Source: Clostridia bacterium
GTDB lineage: Bacteria; Bacillota; Clostridia; Christensenellales; CAG-138
Length of the DNA: 64,000 nucleotides
Reading direction: 5' to 3'
NCBI GenBank assembly: GCA_017395105.1
Contig: JAFPWD010000002.1
Location: 38,336 to 102,335 of the forward strand
Each line of letters begins with the position of its first letter. Within the stretch, counting starts at the first letter, position 1. The position numbers and the translations under genes were made by a program. This document shows, piece after piece, positions 36,739 through 45,278 of the stretch. Below the pieces are notes generated by a model that was not told where the DNA came from, ran no database searches, and was given only the letters and a program-made list of their open reading frames with translations.

Positions 36739-38267
36739 TTAGCTATGACCGCATACGAAGCAACAGTTATTTGAACTGTCCCAAGTGTCACTATGTTTTT
36801 GTAAAACATAGAAGCCGCAAAGAGTACATATACATTTGTGGTAGGTTGCATTATAATCAACGTATGCATAGGAATGCGGATGAGGATAAAGCGAAAAACC
36901 GGCGTTCATGGCCAAATGGATGGGGGAATAAAAAAATTTAATAGTAGTACTGCCATTATCTAACCCACCGCTAAGCACTCCGTAAAAGGTATTGTCGTTT
37001 ATACAAGCACCGCCACTATCTCCGGATAAAGCCCTTCCGGAGGTCGTGTTAACGATATTCAAACCATTCACAGTGTAGTATATATTATTACCCATATCAT
37101 AATCAACAGCAACGTTTGAATTTACAACTTGTCCTTTTCCATTTAAATAGTTGCTGCCTTTAACCGTTACGGTCTGACCGTTATGATTAGTAGCCGTATA
37201 AGCCTTATACATCGGGATATTACGCACATTATAGGTAGGGGAAAACAAATTGTTATTGATCTTGACAATGGAATAGTCACCAATGCCGCCGTTTTGAAAA
37301 ACATTCTTTACAATAGTGCCGACGGTTCTTCCGCCAAGATCATACCGAATCGGATCTCCGTTATTCAAACCGTGACCGCAGGTGATAACGCATTGTAGCC
37401 ATTGTACTTTCCGCACACACCGAGAGAGAAACGGTTAGAGTAGGTGGAATCATAAAGTTTGATCCCGCCGCACAAGCTTGTAGTTGATTTGGTTTCTTAG
37501 CGCTCGATATCATCGAATTCATAGGGCAAGCGGGCACTCTCATGAACTTCACCGGGAAGTAAAATCGGTTTGCCGTACATACAATCCAGCGTTATAAAAT
37601 CAAGATGCTCTATGCCGGAGGTCTCAAGATACGCCTTTGCCGCCTCATAATCCTCATGGAATACGTCTATAGCAGCCTTGTGATTTATTTCGTCAGTACC
37701 GTAGGTCAATACTTCATAGCCTGCGGCGCTGAGCAGGCAAGCAGTGTTTTGCGCAAGCGAGAGAAGCTCATTCAGGTTTAGCTCGGCTTCAAGGAATATA
37801 ACGCAATCCTTATACTCGCCGAGAGTTTTCTCAAGCTTCGAACGCATGGAGATATCGGTAAGATATACATACAGAGTATCCTTGTCCGGTTCAAAATAGG
37901 CACCGCCATAAAAGTCGGGATATATAGGGCAGGTATAACTGGCGTGATGACCTTCCACGGTTTTATAGCCGCGCATCTTAAGCGGACCGTTTTCAAGCAA
38001 AAGCATCGCCTTGGTAGAGCGCTCCCAACTAAAGAGCACGGGATCCGCATTTTCATCGGGCAGACACTCGCTTGGCGCAGCATCAACAGCATCATCAGCG
38101 GCTTCGGACGCGGATACAGCGGCAGGGGCAGCCGGCTCGGGGGAATTTTGCTCCGCAGAACCGACCGCAGCAATGGCGACCGTAAAGCAAAGACAGATAA
38201 CGAGCGCGGCGGCGATAAACATCCGCAGGAGCTTTAGGGAAGCTTGTTTCATAGTTGGCTCCTCCAA
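36739..38267 (-). pseudogene. streptogrisin/alpha-lytic-like (S1E) serine protease, disrupted by an in-frame TAA (37499-37497) and a frameshift (~37370-37400)
   Basis: 37497..38267 encodes a signal peptide plus a pro-region-like sequence. After the TAA the same frame continues ETKSTTSLCGGIKLYDSTYSNRFSLGVCGKYNGYN.... It then shifts into the frame of 36739..37416: VITCGHG (His), GDYSIVKI (Asp), LSGDSGGAC (Ser). Confidence 0.7.
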
Positions 38268-38576
38268 TCATAAATAAAAATCATTTTGAGTGCAGCATAC
38301 CCAAATGAGCATACCTTAATCAGTAGTAGTATACCATACTTTCGCGAGTTATCAATACCATACGCAGTGCGAAATAATATACAACAATGATTGGTGCATT
38401 TCAGGATTTTATTGCGTTTTTTATGAAGGTGCCTGCTATTGCCGTAAATGCGTGAAAAAAGCGGGAACTTATGGAAAAGATATGTGTTGCCTGTGACATT
38501 TTTTTGAAGAGCGAATAATTCTTCATATTTAATTTTTTCGCCTGCGGTATTGCGGGGCGGCCGGGTGCAAAAACTG

Positions 38577-38605
38577 TTGAAAACGCCATGGCGGAATGGT
38601 ATAAT
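38577..38605 (+). promoter_or_regulatory. promoter of the xpaC-telA cluster
   Basis: TTGAAA (38577-38582), 17-nt spacer with TGG, TATAAT (38600-38605). Confidence 0.6.
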
Positions 38606-38711
38606 CAGCATGGGAGAGGATGCGGGCTTTTCCAAGCCCGAGCTCCCGCGCCGCATCCCTCGGGATGCGAACAAATGTATGGATCGTTTTATCGATATGA
38701 AAGGAGCAGAA

Positions 38712-39359
38712 ATGGCCGAAATGCACAGGACTGTTGAAAAACGGATCAAAAGCGCGATGCCGCTTTGGATAACCGCGGCGCTCGTGATAATCTGCGGGCT
38801 TATCTTCCCGCTCTATCGAATTTGGGGCATACTCGTATCGGCAGCCGTCTGCCTCATCGGGTATCTTATTGCAAAAGGAATTTTCAAGGATAAGGTCGTT
38901 CAGCTTGAGATCGCGCCCGAGTATAAAACCGGCGTTCCCGAGCTCGACAAGTCGCTCTCGGAGGCGGATGCGCATATCGTTGCCCTTCGCAAGCTCAACG
39001 AGCGAATCCCCGATGAAAACGTAACCGCAGCGATCGATCGAATGGTCAAGGCGGGGGACGGCATCCTTGCGGAGCTCTCCAAGAACCCCACCAAGGCGCG
39101 CAGCATGAGAAGGTTTTTGACCTATTATCTGCCCACCTCGGTCAAGCTCATGGAGGGCTACGCCATGCAGCAGGAAGCGGGCTATCAGGGCGAGAACCTC
39201 AAGGAGATAAAGGAACGCATCGAAACCAACGCCGAAACCATAGCAAGAAGCTTTGAAACGAGCCTTGATTCGCTCTATGCGGGCGAAGCCATCGACATCA
39301 GCTCCGATATCGCCGTGCTCGATTCGATGGTGAACGGCAAATCCATCAAGAATCAGTGA
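38712..39359 (+). CDS. xpaC: XpaC-like (5-bromo-4-chloroindolyl phosphate hydrolysis family) membrane protein
   Basis: AGGAG RBS before ATG 38712, two TM segments, and RRFLTYYLPTSVKLMEGY motif. It sits upstream of telA, as in Bacillus. Confidence 0.65.
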   Translation: MAEMHRTVEKRIKSAMPLWITAALVIICGLIFPLYRIWGILVSAAVCLIGYLIAKGIFKDKVVQLEIAPEYKTGVPELDKSLSEADAHIVALRKLNERIPDENVTAAIDRMVKAGDGILAELSKNPTKARSMRRFLTYYLPTSVKLMEGYAMQQEAGYQGENLKEIKERIETNAETIARSFETSLDSLYAGEAIDISSDIAVLDSMVNGKSIKNQ

Positions 39360-39403
39360 TCCTAATAAAATAATTATTTGCAATTATGAAAGGATAACCC
39401 AAA

Positions 39404-40555
39404 ATGGAAGAAAAGACCACCAACATCCCCGTTCTTACCCTCGATCCGACCCCCGTTGAGGAGGAGAAGGCGCAGCCCGCCGAGCCCGTTAAGTCGGTCG
39501 AGGAGCTGATCGTTGCAAACTCCCAGCTTTCCCCCGAGGAGATCGCGGCAGTCGATAACTTTGCAAAGCAGATCGACATTACCAACGCCTCGCAGATAAT
39601 GATGTACGGCTCTCAAAGCCAGCAGAAGCTCTCCCAGTTCTCCGAAAGTGCCTTGAGCGCCGTTCGCACCAAGGATCTTGGCGAAACCGGCGTTATGATA
39701 GCCGATCTTATCGGCGAGCTCAAGGGCTTCAGCTCCGAGGAGGATAAAAAGGGTCTGCTCGGCATCTTCAAAAAGAAGGCTGCCCAGATCGAGGCGCTCA
39801 AGCTTCGCTACGATAAAGCCGAGGTAAACGTTGAGCGCATCGCCGCCAAGCTCGACGAGCATCAGGTCGTGCTTCTCAAGGATATTGCGATGCTCGACGA
39901 TATGTATCAGCGCAACCTTGACTATTTCAAGGAGCTTTCCATGTATATACTCGCGGGCAAGAAAAAGCTTGAGAACGAGCGCGCCACCACGCTGCCCGAG
40001 CTGCTCAAGAAGGCAGAGGAGACCAAGCTTCCCGAGGATGCGCAGAAGGCACGCGATTTCGCGGATATGTGCACCCGCTTCGAAAAGAAGATCTACGACC
40101 TGGAGCTGACGAGGAATATCAGCCTTCAGATGGCGCCCCAGATTCGCCTCATTCAGAACAACGACACCATGATGGCGGAGAAGATCCAAACCTCCATCAT
40201 GAACACCATCCCCCTTTGGAAGAGTCAGATGGTGCTCTCCCTCGGACTTGCCCATGCACAGGAGGCTATTGCGGCGCAGCATGCCGTTACCGATATGACG
40301 AACGAACTTCTTAAAAAGAACGCCGAAGCGCTCCACACCGCCACCGTCGCCGCCGCCAAGGAGAGCGAGAGGGGCATCGTGGATATCGAAACCCTGACCG
40401 AGACCAATCAGAAGCTCATCACCACCATGGATGAGGTGCTTCAGATTCAGCAGGAGGGTCACACCAAGCGCATCGCCGCCGAAGCCGAGCTCTCCAGGAT
40501 CGAGGACGAGCTCAAGAGGAAGCTCGTGGAGGTATCCGGCATCCGTCCGCAGTAG
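39404..40555 (+). CDS. telA: TelA-family toxic anion resistance protein
   Basis: 383 aa, coiled-coil rich, with FAKQIDITNASQIMMYGSQSQQKLSQFSE typical of the TelA/YaaN N-terminus. Confidence 0.8.
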   Translation: MEEKTTNIPVLTLDPTPVEEEKAQPAEPVKSVEELIVANSQLSPEEIAAVDNFAKQIDITNASQIMMYGSQSQQKLSQFSESALSAVRTKDLGETGVMIADLIGELKGFSSEEDKKGLLGIFKKKAAQIEALKLRYDKAEVNVERIAAKLDEHQVVLLKDIAMLDDMYQRNLDYFKELSMYILAGKKKLENERATTLPELLKKAEETKLPEDAQKARDFADMCTRFEKKIYDLELTRNISLQMAPQIRLIQNNDTMMAEKIQTSIMNTIPLWKSQMVLSLGLAHAQEAIAAQHAVTDMTNELLKKNAEALHTATVAAAKESERGIVDIETLTETNQKLITTMDEVLQIQQEGHTKRIAAEAELSRIEDELKRKLVEVSGIRPQ

Positions 40556-40680
40556 TGAACCGAAACGGCGCATAAACCGTTATATTGACGAAGAAAGTTT
40601 CAATAAACCGTCCGTGCCCAGAAAAGGGGCATGGACGAAACGAAAAAAGCTCCAAACTCGGATAAAAGGAGGGTAAAGGA

Positions 40681-41238
40681 ATGAAGAAGTTGTCCGAATC
40701 AAGAACGCTCGCACTGATAATTTTGATCGTTGCAGCGTTGATCGTGATACCGCTTCTCGGAGGTCTGGGACTAAAGATAAGCGAGCGCCGAGCGGCAAAG
40801 GAGTTTTCGTCGATCGCCGCCAAAACAGATGAGCAAGGCAACGATCTGTTTTCCGATACCGATGAGCTGATCTATGCAGCAAGCTCCTTGCTCAGTGAGG
40901 GCAAAAAGCTTAACCCTGACGGCGGAAGCGAATTCGAAAAATGGGCGAGTGAGCTTGAAAATTCGATTGAAGCTTGCCGAACGCAGAAGGATGCGATCGG
41001 CAGATACAATAGCTGCGAATCTCTGCTTTTGACAGCAAAGCGGTTTTACAACAGGGTTAAGAACACCGAGGCTGCCGATCTTGAAGCTTGTATGTCCAAG
41101 GTAGAGGAAAGAAGCAAAAGTATAGCGCGAACCTATCGCTATGAACTGAATGATTACCGCGCAAAGTGTGATTCGCTTGTTTCGCGCTGGCCCGGAAGCT
41201 TATTCGCAAAGCTTTACGGCATCGGAGGCGATGAGTGA
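40681..41238 (+). CDS. LemA-like membrane-anchored protein (divergent)
   Basis: N-terminal TM, helical body and C-terminal YELNDYRAKCDSLVSRWPGSLFAKLYG resembling the LemA C-terminus. It is followed by TPM-domain genes. Confidence 0.45.
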   Translation: MKKLSESRTLALIILIVAALIVIPLLGGLGLKISERRAAKEFSSIAAKTDEQGNDLFSDTDELIYAASSLLSEGKKLNPDGGSEFEKWASELENSIEACRTQKDAIGRYNSCESLLLTAKRFYNRVKNTEAADLEACMSKVEERSKSIARTYRYELNDYRAKCDSLVSRWPGSLFAKLYGIGGDE

Positions 41239-41858
41239 TGAAAGCGCATATCAAGCTCGCTGCGCTCATCGTTGCGATCCTCCTTGCGCTTGGGTTTGCT
41301 TCAAGACCGATGACTGCCGCAGCATATCGCGATGGTGAGTTGATGGTGGACAAAGCACAAATTTTGAGCGAGGACACCAAAGAATATATCGCGAGCAGAA
41401 ACCGAAATCTTGAGATAAACTGTCATGGTGCACAGATCGCGGTAATTACTTTGGCCACCATAGGCAGTGGTGCGATCGAGGAATATGCTCAAATGCGGTT
41501 TAAAAAGCTTGATATAGGTCGAGACGAGGATAACGGCGTTTTGCTCCTTGTAGCGGTAGAGGATAAGGACTATTATATTGTCACGGGAAACGACCTTTCT
41601 TCGGTTTTTACAACCGATACGCTTTCAAGCATTGTCAGAAACCATCTCGAACCCGCCTTTGGTGAGGGTGATTATGAGCGTGCGGTCAAGAACACTTTTG
41701 CCAAGCTGAACGAGACCGTGTGCCGATATTACGATGCTGATCCGGATGCAGCTGATTTCGCATACGATAGCTTTGCCTGCAATTCCTGCAGCTGTTCACG
41801 GTTCTCTTGCGGTTCTTGCGCCGGATTGATGCTTTTCAGTTGTGCCGCCGGGCTATGA
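41238..41858 (+). CDS. TPM-domain (YgcG-like) protein with Cys-rich C-terminus
   Basis: Signal or TM segment, then DKAQILSEDTKEYI...AQIAVITLATIG...NGVLLLVAVEDKDYYIVTG...GDYERAV TPM pattern. The tail is CNSCSCSRFSCGSCAG. Confidence 0.75.
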   Translation: MKAHIKLAALIVAILLALGFASRPMTAAAYRDGELMVDKAQILSEDTKEYIASRNRNLEINCHGAQIAVITLATIGSGAIEEYAQMRFKKLDIGRDEDNGVLLLVAVEDKDYYIVTGNDLSSVFTTDTLSSIVRNHLEPAFGEGDYERAVKNTFAKLNETVCRYYDADPDAADFAYDSFACNSCSCSRFSCGSCAGLMLFSCAAGL

Positions 41859-41888
41859 ACTTTTCTCTTCAACAGGAGGAGTTGATTG

Positions 41889-42674
41889 ATGAAAAACAGG
41901 ATAAAACTTATTGCGTTGATTATCGGCATATTCATAGTTTTTGCTTTTCCGCTTTTCGGCGCGAACGCCGTGAATAATCTCGGCGGAGCAAGCGCCGTGG
42001 TTGATTCGAAAGGAGAGTACTGCGATGATCGGGTAGAAGGGATCACGGCAGACACCGAAAAATACATCGCAAAGCGCAATCAAAATCTTGAAAAGAACTG
42101 CAAGGGTGCTCAAATATGTGTATTGGTTCTTGATACCATAGGAAGCCAGCGCATAGAGGATTATTCTGCGATGGTTTTTGAAAAGTGGAAGATCGGTCGA
42201 AACGGCGAAAACAACGGCGTACTGCTTCTTATGGCGACTGAGGATAAGGACTATTACATAATCGCCGGAAGTGGGCTTTCATCGGTTCTCTCCACGAAAA
42301 TTCTTTCCGATATAAGCAGAAATGCGATCGAGCCCTACTTCAGCGAGGGAGAATATGATAAGGCGGTAGAAACGGGCTTCAAAAGGCTGAACGAGGCCGT
42401 TTGCAATCACTATAAAGTGGATCCGTTTGCCAGTGTTGAGGGGAACAACTTCTTCTCGGGCGGCGGCTCCGGTATATTCGGAACCGGCAGCGGGCTATCG
42501 TGCGCTGATATTGAGCTTTCCACAAGCCCCATACTCGACTGCGCTTCATGTTTATTCTGCGGAAGCTGCGGAGCATGCGGAAGCTGTGCCGGTTCAGGAA
42601 GCCTTATCTTCGGACTGCTTGTTGCTTATGTTATTCTGCAAGTGCTCAAATACATCGGCAAGAGCAAATCGTGA
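41889..42674 (+). CDS. TPM-domain (YgcG-like) protein with Cys-rich segment and C-terminal TM
   Basis: AGGAGG RBS and the same TPM pattern (AQICVLVLDTIG...NGVLLLMATEDKDYYIIAG...GEYDKAV). CASCLFCGSCGACGSCAG is followed by a TM segment. Confidence 0.75.
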   Translation: MKNRIKLIALIIGIFIVFAFPLFGANAVNNLGGASAVVDSKGEYCDDRVEGITADTEKYIAKRNQNLEKNCKGAQICVLVLDTIGSQRIEDYSAMVFEKWKIGRNGENNGVLLLMATEDKDYYIIAGSGLSSVLSTKILSDISRNAIEPYFSEGEYDKAVETGFKRLNEAVCNHYKVDPFASVEGNNFFSGGGSGIFGTGSGLSCADIELSTSPILDCASCLFCGSCGACGSCAGSGSLIFGLLVAYVILQVLKYIGKSKS

Positions 42675-42759
42675 GTTGCGGCCAAAATACCGATCGCCGC
42701 TTGGCTTTCTTTGAAGGAACCCGCGGCGGCGCGGGAAGAACGAAACATTGATATCTTTT

Positions 42760-42787
42760 GGAGCGGGCTTCGGCTCGCTCCTTTTTT
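42760..42787 (+). terminator. Rho-independent terminator
   Basis: ggagcg/cgctcc stem followed by TTTTTT. Confidence 0.8.
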
Positions 42788-42878
42788 GCTCCGTTATCAT
42801 GCCCAAAGTATTTCCTTTCCGCTCGTTTTGTGGTATGATATAGCAGAAGAAAAGAAACGGAGTTACGGAGCGGTGAAT

Positions 42879-43562
42879 ATGGAAAACAATTCTAAAATAA
42901 ACCCTATAGAAAAAGATAATATCCTTGCGGAAAACGCGGATGCGCTAATCGGCGGGAAAGAGGAGAGGGCGTTTGAAAAGGCTGCCGAGGCGCTGCATAA
43001 AAAGCATAAGGATTTGAATAAAACCTTCTCACTTTCCTTTTTGCTTACGCTTGCCTGCGTGATCCTTGCCGCGCTTGCCCTTCGGCAGTTCATCGCCGAG
43101 CCCACGCGCGTGAAGGGCGACTCCATGCAGTACACGCTTTTGCATAAAGAGGGTCTGCTGGTCGAAAAGGTAAGCTATTGGTTCGGCGCGCCCGAGCGTG
43201 GGGATATTGTTATCGTTAAGTATCCGAACAGCGCCGATCGCTATGTCAAGCGCATCATCGCGCTGCCGGGCGAAACGATCGAGATAAGGGAGGATCGCTT
43301 CGTTTATATCAACGGAGAAAGGCTCGATGAGAGCGCCTATGCGGGCGACTGGTACGGCAAAATCGATCTGCCGATGGAAACAAAGGGCAGCAAAAACGGC
43401 AAATACACCGTGCCCGAGGGGCATTACTTCGTGATGGGCGATAACCGCAACGATTCGACCGACAGCCGCCATAAATTGGTCGGCGCAATTCCCGAGGATA
43501 AGGTGCTCGGCAGGGTGCGCGCTGTGGTTTGGCCGCTTAATAAGATCAGAAGAGCTGATTGA
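42879..43562 (+). CDS. lepB: signal peptidase I
   Basis: GDSMQYTL (Ser), RGDIVIVKYP, YVKRIIALPGETIEI (Lys) and GDNRNDSTDSR boxes. Start at ATG 42879 with a GGAG RBS. Confidence 0.9.
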   Translation: MENNSKINPIEKDNILAENADALIGGKEERAFEKAAEALHKKHKDLNKTFSLSFLLTLACVILAALALRQFIAEPTRVKGDSMQYTLLHKEGLLVEKVSYWFGAPERGDIVIVKYPNSADRYVKRIIALPGETIEIREDRFVYINGERLDESAYAGDWYGKIDLPMETKGSKNGKYTVPEGHYFVMGDNRNDSTDSRHKLVGAIPEDKVLGRVRAVVWPLNKIRRAD

Positions 43563-43598
43563 CGGCAAGCGCAATTCGCTTGAAGCAGAAAGCATTAT

Positions 43599-43627
43599 AA
43601 CGCGCCGAATCAAAACGGCGCGTTTTT
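43599..43627 (+). terminator. Rho-independent terminator
   Basis: aacgcgccg/cggcgcgtt stem followed by TTT. Confidence 0.75.
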
Positions 43628-43694
43628 ATGTGTTCCATTTTTCTTTGGTTTGTGGTATAATGCAGTTTGAGGTTTTATCGGCATCGGAGGAAAT

Positions 43695-43940
43695 ATGCTC
43701 GAGGTATTCGGCATTGGCGACCGTGTGCAGATGCGCAAAAAGCATGCCTGCGGCGCAAATGAATGGGAAATAACGCGCAACGGCGCGGATATCCGCATAA
43801 AATGCGTGAACTGCGGCCGAAGCATCATGCTCGACAGGCTGGATTTCATGCGCGCGGCAAAGAAACGTACCTTTATCGCAAGTGAAGCGAAAAAGGTCGA
43901 GCCGCAATCGAGCAATAGCGCCGAAATCGCCTTAGAATAA
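43695..43940 (+). CDS. DUF951-family small protein
   Basis: GDRVQMRKKHACGANEWEITRNGADIRIKCVNCGRSIM is the typical DUF951 pattern. A TGGTATAAT extended -10 lies at 43653-43661. Confidence 0.75.
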   Translation: MLEVFGIGDRVQMRKKHACGANEWEITRNGADIRIKCVNCGRSIMLDRLDFMRAAKKRTFIASEAKKVEPQSSNSAEIALE

Positions 43941-43962
43941 GCTTAAAATTTAACGGTGAAAT

Positions 43963-44658
43963 ATGGAAAACAACGAAATGATAAAAGAAAATTACGGCAA
44001 AGCTTACGATGATGGAAGGAAAGCGGGCGGTCTGCCCGTTATCGACAGAAAAACCGAGGGAGCCTTCGCTAAAGCCGCCGAAACGCTGCATAAAAAGCAT
44101 ACGGAAATAAATCGAACCTTCACTCTGCCTTTCTTTTTGATGCTCGCCTGCGTGGTCGTGGCGGCGTTTGCGCTCAGGCAGTTTATCGCCGAGCCCACGA
44201 TGGTGGACGGCGACTCCATGCAATACACGCTCTTGGACCGCGAGCGCGTGTTCGTTGAAAAGGTCAGCTATTGGCTGCATGAGCCCAAGCGCGGCGATAT
44301 CGTTATCGTCAAATATCCCGATAGAGTGGAGCGCTTCGTTAAGCGCATTATCGCAATGCCGGGCGAAACGATCGAGATAAAGGAAGACGGCTTCGTTTAT
44401 ATAAACGATGAAAGGCTCGATGAAAGTGCATACGCGGGCGATTGGTACGGCAGAATCTCCACAATGGTTGAAACCGTGGGCAGCGTGGACGGCCGCTACA
44501 CCGTGCCGAAAGGTCATTACTTTGTTATAGGCGACAACCGCAATGAGTCGAACGACAGCCGCGCCAAAGCTGTTGGCCCCATTCCCGCAGAGGACGTGCT
44601 CGGCAGGGTGCGCGCCGTTATCTGGCCCATAAATAAGCTTAGGAGCGTGAGCAAATGA
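43963..44658 (+). CDS. lepB: signal peptidase I (second paralog)
   Basis: GDSMQYTL, FVKRIIAMPGETIEI and GDNRNESNDSR. Confidence 0.9.
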   Translation: MENNEMIKENYGKAYDDGRKAGGLPVIDRKTEGAFAKAAETLHKKHTEINRTFTLPFFLMLACVVVAAFALRQFIAEPTMVDGDSMQYTLLDRERVFVEKVSYWLHEPKRGDIVIVKYPDRVERFVKRIIAMPGETIEIKEDGFVYINDERLDESAYAGDWYGRISTMVETVGSVDGRYTVPKGHYFVIGDNRNESNDSRAKAVGPIPAEDVLGRVRAVIWPINKLRSVSK

Positions 44659-45224
44659 ATAATCAAGCCTCGGCTATGCGGCCGCGAAGCGGTCAAAAAA
44701 GAAATTTCGGCTATAAGCTGCTCGATTGGCTCACGATCGCCGTGATAAGCCTCGGTCTTGCGGCGTTTCTGCTGTTCGTGGTGTTCAGCCCCGTCAAGAT
44801 AGAGGACACGGGCGTGGGAGGCTTCGATAACGGCGACCTCATCTTTGCGGACAGGTTCTCAAAATACATCGTCGGCTTCGATCGCGGCGATGCGCTCGTT
44901 CTTAAAAAGATAACCGTTGGCGGCGATGCAAGCGGAAGAAGGCTCGTTCGCGCCATCGCCTTTGCGGGCGAAAAGGTAACGGTCACGGGCGGCAGGGTCT
45001 ATATAGACGGCGCTCTGCTCGATGAAAGCGCATACACCTATGAAATGTACGAAGGCATAAACGAGGAGTTCATAGTGCCGACCGGCAGCGTTTTCGTGCT
45101 TCCGGACGATCGAATGATGGTATCAAAGGATGATATCCGTCAGCTCATCGTTGAGCTTCCGCAGATACTCGGCGAGGTGCGCTTTATCGCGTATCCGTTC
45201 GACAGGCTGCAGGCATTCAAATGA
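44655..45224 (+). CDS. S26/signal-peptidase-I-like protein lacking the catalytic Ser/Lys dyad (predicted inactive)
   Basis: Aligns with the two lepB products, but GDSM becomes EDTG, VKRII becomes LVRAI and GDNRN becomes PDDRM. ATGA start/stop overlap with the upstream lepB. Confidence 0.65.
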   Translation: MNNQASAMRPRSGQKRNFGYKLLDWLTIAVISLGLAAFLLFVVFSPVKIEDTGVGGFDNGDLIFADRFSKYIVGFDRGDALVLKKITVGGDASGRRLVRAIAFAGEKVTVTGGRVYIDGALLDESAYTYEMYEGINEEFIVPTGSVFVLPDDRMMVSKDDIRQLIVELPQILGEVRFIAYPFDRLQAFK

Positions 45225-45278
45225 TGAGATCTCACCGAAAACGGGCAAAAACAACTATTTCGCCAAAGGAAGAAAAAT

